Assembly (NCBI GenBank): GCA_042217585.1
Contig: JBDGSJ010000029.1
Span: 1 to 32,114, forward strand
Origin: Candidatus Nanohaloarchaea archaeon
GTDB taxonomy: Archaea > Nanohalarchaeota > Nanosalinia > Nanosalinales > Nanosalinaceae
Reading direction: 5' to 3'
Length of the DNA stretch: 32,114 bases
Program-made: the position numbers and the translations under genes
Part shown: positions 1 through 9,327 of the stretch, piece after piece
Layout of the letters: each line of letters opens with the position of its first letter
Numbering within the stretch: position 1 is the stretch's first letter
Notes under the pieces: generated by a model
Databases searched by the model: none
What the model saw: the letters and a program-made list of their open reading frames with translations, nothing else
Told to the model about the DNA's origin: nothing

Positions 1-23
1 ATCATCCGCCCTGTCTTTTCCTT

Positions 24-1667
24 TTACCTGTACTCCATAAGTTTCTCGACATCGAGCTCCATCGCCACGACGCCGTAGTCCAGCTTCCAGTTCTCGCGGA
101 CCTCGTCGGCTATCTCGCCCATGAAACCGACTTTTTCCCCGTCGACATGTATCTCGGCGTACCTTTTCTCTCTGAAGGAGCTGTTCTCGGCCTGACGGAC
201 CTCGAATTCGACACCGAGATCTCTTTCAAGGACCTGGAGGAGTCCCCTTACATCGGTGTAATCGACTTCGTGACCGGACTTCACGTAGGCGGCCTTCCTC
301 CTGTTGGAGGCTCCGGTCGGGGAGTCGTCCCTGAGGACCACGTCGGCGACCTCGAAGAAGCTCTGCGGGTAGCTGTGCTGCCTGTTCCTCTTCAGTATCT
401 CCAGCATGCTGGGAAGCATCCAGTTCCGGACCACAGAGTAGTCCTCGGTAAGGGCGTTCGCCATCTCGGCTATCTCCTCGCCGTCCCTCTCCATCAGGTC
501 GAAGAGCTTCTCCCTGCTGGAAAGGACGTAGGTGTGGGCCTCCAGCGCCCCGGAGCCGGCGAATATATCTCTGAGAATGGATTCGAAGTCCTCCACGGGC
601 TTTTCCTCGGCGATCTGGTCTATCTCCGGGAGCTCCGGTTCTATGTTGTCGTAGCCGTGGGCGATCACCACGTCCTCTATCAGGTCGTACTGGTGCATCA
701 CGTCGGTCCTGTATGCCGGGACCTCGACGCGGACGACGTCGCCGTCCTTCTCCGCCCCGTGCTTCATCTTCTCCAGCCTTTCGACTATCTCTTCCTCGGA
801 GAGTTCCAGACCTGATATGCTCCTGAGGTAGTCGGGGTCCAGTTCCTCGACCTCCGGCTCGAGGTCCGGCAGTTCCTCGCCGTCGACCTCGACCGATTCT
901 ATCTCCGCGCCACGCTCCGCGAACGCCGTCACGAGGATGTTCAGCGCCTTCAGGACCGTTTCGCGGTCCTTCCCGGTGACGTCTATGAAGATGTCGTCGG
1001 TGTCCTCGTGGACCTCGGTGAGCTGGTTGTTGATTATCGGCGGGAAGCTGAGGACCTGGTCCTCCGAGTCGATTATGACCGGGTATCTCTCGTGGTCCTC
1101 AAGGATCCAGGAGTACTCCTGTCCCTTCTCGTGGCTTTCAAGTATCTCTTCGAGGTGCATCTCCTCTGTTTTCTCGAGGGGTGTGAAGCTTACCTTCTCC
1201 GGCTCGACCGCGTCATAGGTGAACGGTGGCTCCAGTTCGGAGAGGTCGTGGAGCCCTATCGCCAGCTTGTCCCTCTTCCTTCCCATGGTCTCGTGGAGCT
1301 TCTCCTGCATCTGTATCAGGCCGTTGATGACTCTCTCGTCAAGTTCGATACCTCTGATCACGGCGCCGCCGATATGCGGGCGGACCTCTTCCACGGAGTC
1401 GTCGACCTCGAGCTCTATCTCCCCCTCCCGGACGCTGTAGTTCTCCGGACCGGTCTCGATTCCGAAGAAGCCGCGGTACGCCCTCGCAAGGCCCTCCACG
1501 CTGAGGAGGTCCGGCCTGTTGGGGTAGGCCTCGACGTCCCACTTGTCGTCCTCGACATGGGTCCAGTGTGCGCCGAGGAATGAGGCCTGGTCCCTGAGCT
1601 GTTCGTCACTGATTTCTCCTCCTGCAAGTTCCCTGAACTCGTCCACGTTTATCTTGATGTGTGCCAT
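24..1667 (-). CDS. pheT: Phenylalanyl-tRNA synthetase beta subunit
   Basis: 547 aa; NRPDLLSVEGLARA, B3/4 region (QEKLHETMGRKR..AIGLHD, LSFPPIIN), B5 motif YRTDVMHQYDLIEDV; follows pheS. Confidence 0.97.
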   Translation of the reverse strand: MAHIKINVDEFRELAGGEISDEQLRDQASFLGAHWTHVEDDKWDVEAYPNRPDLLSVEGLARAYRGFFGIETGPENYSVREGEIELEVDDSVEEVRPHIGGAVIRGIELDERVINGLIQMQEKLHETMGRKRDKLAIGLHDLSELEPPFTYDAVEPEKVSFTPLEKTEEMHLEEILESHEKGQEYSWILEDHERYPVIIDSEDQVLSFPPIINNQLTEVHEDTDDIFIDVTGKDRETVLKALNILVTAFAERGAEIESVEVDGEELPDLEPEVEELDPDYLRSISGLELSEEEIVERLEKMKHGAEKDGDVVRVEVPAYRTDVMHQYDLIEDVVIAHGYDNIEPELPEIDQIAEEKPVEDFESILRDIFAGSGALEAHTYVLSSREKLFDLMERDGEEIAEMANALTEDYSVVRNWMLPSMLEILKRNRQHSYPQSFFEVADVVLRDDSPTGASNRRKAAYVKSGHEVDYTDVRGLLQVLERDLGVEFEVRQAENSSFREKRYAEIHVDGEKVGFMGEIADEVRENWKLDYGVVAMELDVEKLMEYR

Positions 1668-1676
1668 CTTACCACC

Positions 1677-3062
1677 TCAAGGCCTCCAGACCGGGGTCTG
1701 CTCAAGGTTTTCGATATCGTTCCTGTAGAGCTCACGTATATCCTTCAGCTCCGCCGCCTTCATCGCTATGCGGGGTATCCCGAGACCCCATGCGAGGACC
1801 GATGCCTCGAAGCCGAGAAGCGGCTTGACCACTTCGGGGCGGAACATGCCTGCGCCCCCGAGCTCCATCCACTCTCCGTCGTGGTCGTCCCATACCTCCA
1901 CCTGGACCGACATCTCGGTGTACGGATAGTAGGACGGTATGAGCCTGAACTCGTCGTACCCCATCTTCTCGAAGAACCTGCTGATGTAGCCCTTCAGGTG
2001 GGCGAAGTTCAGGTCCTCGCCCACGACTATACCGTCGGTCTGGAGGAACTCCGCCATATGGGTCCTGTCGACGGTCTCGTTCCTGAAGTTCCTTGCGACC
2101 GTGAAGAACTTCTTCGGCAGTTCCTCCTCTTCGATGTCTATCTCGTGCAGTTTCCGTGCGGATACCGCTGTAGTATGCGTTCTGAGTACGTTTTTCGCGG
2201 CTTCCTCCCGGGACCAGTCGTAGCCCCAGCCCGAGCTACCTGTGGTCCAGCCGTCCTCGTGCGTCTCCCTGACGTTGTCCACTTTCTCACCGAAGACGTC
2301 CAGGTCCGCGGACTCCGGCTCCTCCATGAAGAACGTGTCGTGGAGCTCACGGGCGGGATGGTCCTGCGGCGTGTACAGCCCGTCGAAGTTAAGCAGGCTG
2401 GAGACCACGAAGTCTCCCGACATCTCCTCGAACCCCATCTCGATCCATTTCTCTCTCGCGAACGATATTATCTCCTTGTAGAAATGCTTCTTGCCGGTCC
2501 TCGGGGTCTCCGCACGCGCCTCGACGTTGAACTCCATCTCCACGTCTTCGAGGTCCAGGTCCTTTCCGCGGTCCGTCAGTATGATCTCGCGGGTTTTTTC
2601 ACGGCCTGTCTCCACCAGGCCTCTCTCCTCGTCCTCCTCGCGGAGATCTCCGGACTCAAGTCTGTCCTGCAGAACGTCCTCCTCGAGCGCTTCCTCGCCT
2701 TCCCCGGTCAGCCGGACCTCTCCGCCGTCTACATCGACCCATCCCTTCTCGCGGGCCTTTCCCAGGGCTACGTCCAGGTCCATGTCGCTGAGGTCGGACA
2801 GGCGGTCGTCTCCCTCATCCACTCTCTGGATGAACCTGTGCTCCGGCGAACCTTCTTCCACTACTTCCTCTCCGGTATCCGAGAGCTCACGGACGATCCT
2901 GTCCTCCTCCTCGACCCTGGCGAGGTCCTTCTCCTCGAGCTCCAGGGCGGCGCCGTGGACCATACTCTGGTCGAAGCCCTCTGAGACCAGTTCTTCTTCA
3001 GTACTTCTTTCTTTTTCTCTGAGCTGTTTCAGTATCCGGAAGGCCTGCTCTGACAGTTCCAC
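1677..3062 (-). CDS. pheS: Phenylalanyl-tRNA synthetase alpha subunit
   Basis: 461 aa; PQDHPARELHDTFF, LRTHTTAVSAR, motif 2 FRNETVDRTHMAEFLQ, YYPYTE, GAGMFRPEV, motif 3 AWGLGIPRIAM. Confidence 0.97.
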   Translation of the reverse strand: MELSEQAFRILKQLREKERSTEEELVSEGFDQSMVHGAALELEEKDLARVEEEDRIVRELSDTGEEVVEEGSPEHRFIQRVDEGDDRLSDLSDMDLDVALGKAREKGWVDVDGGEVRLTGEGEEALEEDVLQDRLESGDLREEDEERGLVETGREKTREIILTDRGKDLDLEDVEMEFNVEARAETPRTGKKHFYKEIISFAREKWIEMGFEEMSGDFVVSSLLNFDGLYTPQDHPARELHDTFFMEEPESADLDVFGEKVDNVRETHEDGWTTGSSGWGYDWSREEAAKNVLRTHTTAVSARKLHEIDIEEEELPKKFFTVARNFRNETVDRTHMAEFLQTDGIVVGEDLNFAHLKGYISRFFEKMGYDEFRLIPSYYPYTEMSVQVEVWDDHDGEWMELGGAGMFRPEVVKPLLGFEASVLAWGLGIPRIAMKAAELKDIRELYRNDIENLEQTPVWRP

Positions 3063-3140
3063 GGCACCACATTTATGTAAGAATCTTAAATACTTACCGC
3101 GGCACTCCTCGGTGTTGAGAAACCCCTGAGGACCGTATCA

Positions 3141-3163
3141 GAGGGGAAAAAGGGATATCTCCC
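3141..3163 (-). terminator. Possible terminator after the Roadblock gene
   Basis: Minus strand GGGA-GATA-TCCC mini-hairpin followed by TTTTT just after the stop codon. Confidence 0.35.
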
Positions 3164-3169
3164 GTACTT

Positions 3170-3535
3170 CTAGAGGACTCTCTTGATCTTCTTGGTCGCT
3201 TTCTCCATCTCTACCTTGACAAGCCCCATGTTCACGTCTGAGTCCGTAAGTATGGTCAGTATACCTTCCTCGCCAGCACCTGTCGACACGAGTTTCCCGT
3301 TTTCGCTTTCGATTGTGACTTGGTTGACTTCGCCCATTTTGAGGGCTTCGCTGGCGGTTTCTCCTGAGCCTACTGTGGATGCGGTCATTGCGCCGACCTG
3401 GTCGTCATCGATGTCCTGTCCGAGGTTGGACGCGATCAAAAGTCCGTCCCTCCGGACCACAGCCGCACCCTTGATACCCTGAACATCATTCAAATCATCC
3501 AAAGGCTCATTCAGTTTTTCTTCCTTGCTTGCCAT
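3170..3535 (-). CDS. Roadblock/LC7 domain protein (MglB-like)
   Basis: 121 aa; GIKGAAVVRRDGLLIAS...VGAMTA...VTIESENGKLV...ILTILT..NMGLV; directly downstream of a small GTPase gene. Confidence 0.92.
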   Translation of the reverse strand: MASKEEKLNEPLDDLNDVQGIKGAAVVRRDGLLIASNLGQDIDDDQVGAMTASTVGSGETASEALKMGEVNQVTIESENGKLVSTGAGEEGILTILTDSDVNMGLVKVEMEKATKKIKRVL

Positions 3536-3589
3536 TATCTACACCTTGTTAACCCATATTTTTAAAGTGTTATTTCGGTTTTCCCGGCC

Positions 3590-4756
3590 TCAAGTGTAGT
3601 ACCAGGAGTGCGTGTTAAGGATTTTCTCCATAAGCCTCTCCAGAGCCTCATCGAGGTTATCACCGTGCTTCGCATCGATACCGAGCGTCTCTATACCTGT
3701 TTCGTCCTCGATTTCCTCAGGACTCATCGCGTCCTCCTTGTTCTGGAAGTTGGCCAGTATGATGAACGGAAGTTCCTCCTTCTCCAGGTCCTTCTTCATC
3801 TCCTCGACCCTCTCGAAGTCAGGGTCCCTGGAGTCGACCACTATGAAGCATCCGAAGATGGATCTTCCCAGGAAGTCAAGAGCCCAGTCGAACCTCTTCT
3901 GACCGGGCGTGCCGAAAAGTTCCGCCTTGACACCCTTCCTCTCGACCGCTCCGTGGTCCAGCGCCACGGTGGTTCCCAGCCTGTCGACCGAGACAGCGTC
4001 CTCGGACATCGACTGGACAGTCGTGGACTTGCCGGCGTCGTACGGACCGGTGACGAGCAGCTTCGGGACGTACATCACGAGGCCGCTCGGCGTTATGTCG
4101 AACGGAACCTTAGCGTCGACGTCCGGCTTCCTGACATCGATGAACTTCAGAACTATTCCGGACCTCTCGAGGCCCTTCAGGTGTATGACGTAATCGAACA
4201 TGTCCTTGAGCCTGTCGAAGTCCCCGTCCTCCTCCTCGAACCCGAGGTTGGGCAGGAAGTAGTATGATACGGTCGCCGCGTCCTCTGCGGTCGACTTTAT
4301 GGAGCCTATCAGGTCCTCGACCTGATCCCACTCTCCGACGAAGTTGTCAAGGGAGTCCAGCACGAAGGTGGTTCCCCATGCCTCCATGTCCTCTATGGCC
4401 TCTACAGCCTTCTCCTTTGACTCCTGCAGGTAGTCCTCCCTGTCGTCCTTGAGCGAGCTCTCCAGCCTGTACTTGTAGTCCGTCTCCTTTCCAAGGGTCG
4501 ATGAGAAACCGTCTATTATCGCGATATCGTCCTCCCGCCCCGAGAAATCTATCTTGTCCTCAACGTACTTCGGCATCTTGTTATTTATGAAGTAGACCAG
4601 GTTGTCCTCCTCGTCAAGCCGAAAGTTGACAAGCGCGGACGCGAACTTTGACTTGTCCACAGCCAGGTCCGCGAGTATCAGAACATTGGAACCGTCCTCT
4701 ACTCCACCGTCCAGGGCCTCATTCAGTCTCTCAAGCGGGAGTTCAATCTTACCCAT
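3590..4756 (-). CDS. Fusion of a degenerate RecA/KaiC-like domain and a C-terminal MglA-like small GTPase
   Basis: N-terminus LNEALDGGVEDGSNVLI with broken Walker A, FVLDSL, FDYVIHL; C-terminus G1 GPYDAGKST, TTVALDHG, G3 LFGTPGQKRF, G4-like ANFQN, G5-like IDAK. Confidence 0.85.
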   Translation of the reverse strand: MGKIELPLERLNEALDGGVEDGSNVLILADLAVDKSKFASALVNFRLDEEDNLVYFINNKMPKYVEDKIDFSGREDDIAIIDGFSSTLGKETDYKYRLESSLKDDREDYLQESKEKAVEAIEDMEAWGTTFVLDSLDNFVGEWDQVEDLIGSIKSTAEDAATVSYYFLPNLGFEEEDGDFDRLKDMFDYVIHLKGLERSGIVLKFIDVRKPDVDAKVPFDITPSGLVMYVPKLLVTGPYDAGKSTTVQSMSEDAVSVDRLGTTVALDHGAVERKGVKAELFGTPGQKRFDWALDFLGRSIFGCFIVVDSRDPDFERVEEMKKDLEKEELPFIILANFQNKEDAMSPEEIEDETGIETLGIDAKHGDNLDEALERLMEKILNTHSWYYT

Positions 4757-4882
4757 ATTACCCTATATCTTTCCCTGCTTTATAAATCTACTTTTGAAGC
4801 CAGCAGGGTCTTAAACAGGTATCTCAGAGCTTCGGGTGTACGGGCCTCTGGCCGGTAAGGGATACCTTTACTGGAGAAGAAC

Positions 4883-5581
4883 CTACTTCTCGATATCTAT
4901 GTTGCCTTCATCCGAGTCCACGTTCAGATCCATCCATTCTCTGGTGTGTTCGGTCTGGTTCATCCTTTCGATTGATATCTGGTTCTGATCGCCGTCCACC
5001 CGCGTCTTCAGGACACCGTCGGCCACGTGGTTTATGGTCGAGATAGTCTGGTCGTCGTGCATACCCTCCTCGAGCGTTATCAGCAGACAACCTCCCGAGC
5101 TTGAAGCCTTGGCGCCCACCACCTGGAGGAACTTGACAGCAGATGTCGCGTCGGTGTAAAGAAGCATCGTGGATGCCGAGTTGATGGTGACCCTCTTCTG
5201 TCCGTCGCTGAGGCTGTTCAGGGCATCGGTGAACGTCATGTTCATCTGGTTCAGGTCTGAGAGACCTTCAAGAGCGAACTCTGCGTCGGAGCCACCTCCC
5301 TGCCATGAGTAGCCGTCGACGAACACCACATGGTCATCGTATTCGGTGAAGTCCCATCCCATGTACTCCGCGTCGCCTCTCACATCGCCCGGAGCGCCGT
5401 CGAGGGTGACATACATCGCCTCCTCTCCCTCCTCAAGACCGTGATATATGAACTTGTTCACGAGGGCGTCTTTCCCTGTCCCCTCCTCGCCCATAACTAT
5501 CACGGTGGAGTTCGGAGGAAAACCTCCCTCAAGCTCTTCATCGAATGCATCGATTCCTGTGGCGACTCTGTCGTTCCCCAT
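4883..5581 (-). CDS. RecA-superfamily (KaiC-like) ATPase, probably catalytically impaired
   Basis: TGIDAFDEELEGGFP; Walker A GEEGTGKD (Thr/Ser replaced by Asp); Walker B RVTINS (Asp replaced by Asn); VADGVL. Confidence 0.85.
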   Translation of the reverse strand: MGNDRVATGIDAFDEELEGGFPPNSTVIVMGEEGTGKDALVNKFIYHGLEEGEEAMYVTLDGAPGDVRGDAEYMGWDFTEYDDHVVFVDGYSWQGGGSDAEFALEGLSDLNQMNMTFTDALNSLSDGQKRVTINSASTMLLYTDATSAVKFLQVVGAKASSSGGCLLITLEEGMHDDQTISTINHVADGVLKTRVDGDQNQISIERMNQTEHTREWMDLNVDSDEGNIDIEK

Positions 5582-5709
5582 TCTAGAATACCTCTATTGA
5601 ATATTCACGAGTTTGAATAAAATAAGTTCCTCCTTGTTTAAAAGTCAACGCCCCCGGACCGGGGAGGTCCACACATAGTTTAATAGTGAGGTGCGACAAT
5701 CCTTTCATA

Positions 5710-6441
5710 ATGTCAGAAAACAAGGTCCCCCGAACGAAGACAGGGGTTAACGGCCTGGACGAGATACTCAACGGCGGTATTCCTCAGGGACACACTACTG
5801 TTGTATCGGGGACCTCGGGTAGCGGAAAGACGACCCTGACAACGGAGTTCCTGTACTACGGGGCAAAGGAGTACGATGAGAAGGGGATCTACTTCACGCT
5901 GGAGGAACCCGCAGAAAACATAATAGAGACCAGCAAGCACTTCGGGATGGACTTCGAGTCCGACGAGGTGAAGGACAAGGTCCGTTTCTTCGAGGAGCTC
6001 AACCTTCTGCGCTCCGGCTCCAGCGGCGAGGTCTTCGAGCCGGACAGGTTCGTAGAGGAGTTCAAGCGGCAGATAGAGGAGTTCGAGCCGGACCGCGTGG
6101 TCCTCGACTCCATCACCAAGTTCGCGATGATATTCGACTCCGCGGCCCTCAGACGTGAGAAGGTGTCGGAGCTCGCCGAGTTCCTCAGGGAGCATGGATG
6201 CACCACATGCCTTCTGTCGGAGATTCCGTACTCGTCGGGGAAGAGACAGGTCAGCCGTTACCAGATCGTCGAGTTCGTGGCGGACGGCGTAATACTTCTC
6301 GGTTACGAGAGGTCCAAGTCCTCAAGGACCAGGACCATAGAGGTCTTCAAGATGCGTAGGACGGACCACTCCTCCGACATACATCCACTGCGGATAACCG
6401 ATGACGGGATGACGACCTATCCCGGACAGACCGCTTTCTGA
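5710..6441 (+). CDS. KaiC/GvpD/RAD55-family ATPase, single domain
   Basis: TGVNGLDEILNGGIP, Walker A GTSGSGKTT, TLEE, Walker B RVVLDS, FKMR; ATG 5710 preferred to the upstream GTG 5686. Confidence 0.92.
   Translation: MSENKVPRTKTGVNGLDEILNGGIPQGHTTVVSGTSGSGKTTLTTEFLYYGAKEYDEKGIYFTLEEPAENIIETSKHFGMDFESDEVKDKVRFFEELNLLRSGSSGEVFEPDRFVEEFKRQIEEFEPDRVVLDSITKFAMIFDSAALRREKVSELAEFLREHGCTTCLLSEIPYSSGKRQVSRYQIVEFVADGVILLGYERSKSSRTRTIEVFKMRRTDHSSDIHPLRITDDGMTTYPGQTAF
5869..6137 (+). repeat. 269-bp direct repeat, copy 1 (identical to 6643-6911)
   Basis: Base-by-base comparison by eye, offset 774 nt, from GAGTACGATGAG to GATATTCGA. Confidence 0.9.
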
Positions 6442-6489
6442 ACTTTTGGGGCGGTCCGGATTTAAAGTGCTGGAAACTCATTCTCATCC

Positions 6490-7215
6490 ATGGAAAAGGT
6501 GGAACGGTGCAGGACAGGGATCAAAGGTCTGGACAGCATACTTCATGGAGGTGTTCCCCGGGGCCACACGATACTTGTATCCGGGACCTCCGGGGCGGGA
6601 AAGACGACCCTGACAACGGAGTTCCTGTACCATGGCGCCGAAGAGTACGATGAGAAGGGGATCTACTTCACGCTGGAGGAACCCGCAGAAAACATAATAG
6701 AGACCAGCAAGCACTTCGGGATGGACTTCGAGTCCGACGAGGTGAAGGACAAGGTCCGTTTCTTCGAGGAGCTCAACCTTCTGCGCTCCGGCTCCAGCGG
6801 CGAGGTCTTCGAGCCGGACAGGTTCGTAGAGGAGTTCAAGCGGCAGATAGAGGAGTTCGAGCCGGACCGCGTGGTCCTCGACTCCATCACCAAGTTCGCG
6901 ATGATATTCGAGAGTGCGACGCTGAGGCGGTCCAAGATCGGCGAGATAGCGAATTTTCTGCGGGAGGAGGACTGCACATCCTGTCTTCTGGCGGAGATTC
7001 CGTATGATTCAGAGGAGCGGACCGTGAGCAAGTACCAGGTCGCGGAGTTCGTGGCGGACGGCGTCATACTTCTCGGCAACGAGAGGGAGACCTCGTCAAG
7101 GACAAGGACTGTCGAGATATTCAAGATGCGTAGGACGGACCACTCCGCCGATATACACCCTCTGAGGATAACAGACTCAGGTATAGCCACATACCCGGAT
7201 CAGAAGGCTTTCTAG
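6490..7215 (+). CDS. KaiC/GvpD/RAD55-family ATPase, tandem paralog
   Basis: Walker A GTSGAGKTT, TLEE, RVVLDS, FKMR; TTTAAA at 6461-6466 upstream. Confidence 0.92.
   Translation: MEKVERCRTGIKGLDSILHGGVPRGHTILVSGTSGAGKTTLTTEFLYHGAEEYDEKGIYFTLEEPAENIIETSKHFGMDFESDEVKDKVRFFEELNLLRSGSSGEVFEPDRFVEEFKRQIEEFEPDRVVLDSITKFAMIFESATLRRSKIGEIANFLREEDCTSCLLAEIPYDSEERTVSKYQVAEFVADGVILLGNERETSSRTRTVEIFKMRRTDHSADIHPLRITDSGIATYPDQKAF
6643..6911 (+). repeat. 269-bp direct repeat, copy 2
   Basis: Identical to 5869-6137. Confidence 0.9.
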
Positions 7216-7967
7216 GCGGTCTCTATCATTACGCCGATGAAGACGCAGGCGGCTCCTGCCAGCAGAAGTTTCATGAAGTCGAGCCAGGTCTTCGTGTCGA
7301 AATGGCGCCTGTAAAGGGCCGCGGACATCAGGCTCCCGGTTATACCGGCTATTATGAATCCTCCCATCTCGAAGGTGGCGTGCGGGAGATATGCAAGCGG
7401 TGAAGGGACTTTCTGGGTCCCGAGTATGTAGGCGACCGGGTGGTTGGGAAGGGCCTTCAGGAGCGAGCCGATGAAGACCCCCAAGACCGATGCGTTCCAG
7501 GTCAGGATGAAGGCTCCCGAGGACCCTATCAGCGTCGATACGACGAGTATGCCGAGGAAAACCACCATGTTGTTTACGAGGATCGACATGAATCCTGCTC
7601 CAGAGGTCGCTCCTCCGGTTATCCCCATCTCAGCCAGTTCAGATCCTATGATCGATCCCTGAACCCCGAAGGCAGAGGGAAAGTAGAACCCGAGGACCAT
7701 GAAGGCCAGTAGCTGGCCCACAAAGAGAGAGCCGTAGACCTTTATCTCCGGGAGATGAGGCCTCTGCTTCGCCTCGTCTTCAAGGAAGAACTTGGTAAGG
7801 GAGTAGGTCAGGGGCATCGAACCGAAGAAGACCGTCAGCAGGGCGGTCTCGGAGGGAAAAAGGTATCTTGCAAGCCCGAAACCGATGAACGCTGAGACCA
7901 TCCCCAGAACGAACAGGACATCGAGGTCACCCTCACGCTCCTGGGTGAGGATCATCTCGAAAAGCAT
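7212..7967 (-). CDS. SpoIIM-like (DUF95) integral membrane protein
   Basis: Multiple hydrophobic segments; ILVNN, ILTWNASVLG, LPHATFE motifs. Confidence 0.75.
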   Translation of the reverse strand: MLFEMILTQEREGDLDVLFVLGMVSAFIGFGLARYLFPSETALLTVFFGSMPLTYSLTKFFLEDEAKQRPHLPEIKVYGSLFVGQLLAFMVLGFYFPSAFGVQGSIIGSELAEMGITGGATSGAGFMSILVNNMVVFLGILVVSTLIGSSGAFILTWNASVLGVFIGSLLKALPNHPVAYILGTQKVPSPLAYLPHATFEMGGFIIAGITGSLMSAALYRRHFDTKTWLDFMKLLLAGAACVFIGVMIETA

Positions 7968-8019
7968 GGTAAATAATGGTGGAGAGAATATTATAATCGT
8001 TGACCTTCAGTCGGCCCGT

Positions 8020-9120
8020 TCAGAGAGACTGATCGTGTTCCTCCAGGAACTGCTCCACCTCTGGACCTGCCTGCTCCCTCCTCTCCCTGTGCTCCACGAG
8101 GAACTCCTCGAGCCTTTCCTTCGCTATCTGCTTCAGCTCCCCTGAAAGCATTTCACCTGAGCTGTACTCCTCCCTGATCCTCTCAAGCTCGTCGTCGTTC
8201 TCTATCAAGTGGAATGCCAGGAGCTCGAACACCATGTCCTCGGAGATATCGGCACCTTTCTCCCTGTGTTCCTCGAGAGAGTCCTGGCCCCCGGTCTTGG
8301 CCTGATCTATCTTTTCCTTGGCGTCCTCGATGTCGTCCGTCAGAGCTATGTAGCTCTTGGGATCCGAGGAACTCATCTTCCCTCCCTGCAGCCCTCTCAT
8401 GAACTTGTTGTACGTGGAGGCCGGCTTCACGAAGTCTATCTCCTGGTACTTGGAGGCGACCTCCCTTGTCAGCCTGATGTGGGGATCCTGGTCCACCCCT
8501 ACCGGTACCACGGTCGGCTTCGGACCTCCCCTCTCCGGGAACTGCGGGCGGAGTATATCGGCGTACTGGGTTAGCGAGGAGGCTATCTTGCCGGGGTCCG
8601 CGCTCCCGTACGTCGCCTCGACCTCGTTCTGCGTGAGGTGACGGGCGAACTGCTTGGACCTGAGGTGGTAGTCGTTCCCCCCATTGGACTGGAAGTAAAA
8701 GTCGGTTTTTTCAAGGTCCATGCCGAGAGCCACGTAGTTCTTGAGGTACTGCTCCACGACCAGCTCACGGGATTCCTCCAGAGAGATGTCACGAGTGGCG
8801 TATGCCTCTATATCGGCCGCGGCTACGGTCACCTCGGCTCCCATCTCCTGGTACATCAGTATCTGGTCCACGACGCTCTTGTGGCCGAAGTGGAAGATAC
8901 CTGAGGGCATTATACCGGTCATCATAGCGATGTCCTCGCCCTCATCCCTCGCGTCAAGGAAGTCCTCCATGCCTCTGTGGCCGAATATTATACCCCTGCG
9001 GACCAGGAGGCTGTCCGGCATCCGGTCCTCGATCTCACCTATCGGATCTATACCGAACTTCTGCATCTTTTTCCTGTAGTTCCCGACCTCGACGTCTCCC
9101 CAAGGATCTATCTCTGGCAT
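8020..9120 (-). CDS. trpS: Tryptophanyl-tRNA synthetase
   Basis: IDPWG, TGIMPSGIFHFGH (HIGH), PVGVDQDPHIRLTR, KMSSS, AKTGG. Confidence 0.97.
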   Translation of the reverse strand: MPEIDPWGDVEVGNYRKKMQKFGIDPIGEIEDRMPDSLLVRRGIIFGHRGMEDFLDARDEGEDIAMMTGIMPSGIFHFGHKSVVDQILMYQEMGAEVTVAAADIEAYATRDISLEESRELVVEQYLKNYVALGMDLEKTDFYFQSNGGNDYHLRSKQFARHLTQNEVEATYGSADPGKIASSLTQYADILRPQFPERGGPKPTVVPVGVDQDPHIRLTREVASKYQEIDFVKPASTYNKFMRGLQGGKMSSSDPKSYIALTDDIEDAKEKIDQAKTGGQDSLEEHREKGADISEDMVFELLAFHLIENDDELERIREEYSSGEMLSGELKQIAKERLEEFLVEHRERREQAGPEVEQFLEEHDQSL

Positions 9121-9221
9121 GTTACCTACACCCTGATTCAGTTAGAACTACTTTAAGGCTTTCCCGGCTCCTGAAACCTGGACAGAAATCTAGAGGAAAC
9201 AGAGCACCGGTTCCCAGATAT

Positions 9222-9278
9222 TCAGGCTTTTGAAAGGATCCAAAAACGTCCACCCTTCGTTGAAACCGCGGAAACCAT
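9222..9278 (-). CDS. trpS leader uORF MVSAVSTKGGRFWILSKA (18 aa)
   Basis: ATG 9278, TGA 9224-9222; Trp codon 9242-9240; +1 frame open to TAA 9124-9122, 1 nt before the trpS ATG. Confidence 0.8.
   Translation of the reverse strand: MVSAVSTKGGRFWILSKA
9240..9257 (-). promoter_or_regulatory. Putative +1 frameshift cassette, Trp sensor (AAG GGT GGA CGT TTT TGG)
   Basis: Conserved 18-mer in frame with the leader ATG; SD-like GGGTGG, spacer codon, TTT-T slip site, TGG. Confidence 0.8.
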
Positions 9279-9310
9279 CTTATCAGCTGTTTAATTATTA
9301 GGGAGAAAAT

Positions 9311-9327
9311 TTTAAATAGCTTAAAGC
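9311..9327 (-). promoter_or_regulatory. TATA/operator element shared with the trpB leader
   Basis: TTTAAATAGCTTAAAGC identical at 17409-17425; 33 nt upstream of the leader ATG. Confidence 0.65.

Noticed and set aside
1659..2984. Long antisense ORFs (e.g. 1659-2984, 9766-10701, 30636-31676)
   Set aside because: Shadows of GC-rich acidic genes on the opposite strand; no recognisable motifs.
3063..3169. Equivalent Phe-sensing leader upstream of pheS (aroA and aroC upstream regions also checked)
   Set aside because: No cassette or suitable uORF; the TATA-like box lies directly upstream of the start.
4883..7215. Circadian KaiC clock
   Set aside because: Single-domain proteins without the Ser-Thr phosphosites; no kaiA or kaiB in the window.
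9240..9257. T-box riboswitch (AAGGGTGG resembles the T-box core)
   Set aside because: No NACC continuation, no upstream Stem I or room for it, and the cognate codon lies 3' of the motif in frame with an ATG; a frameshift cassette fits better.
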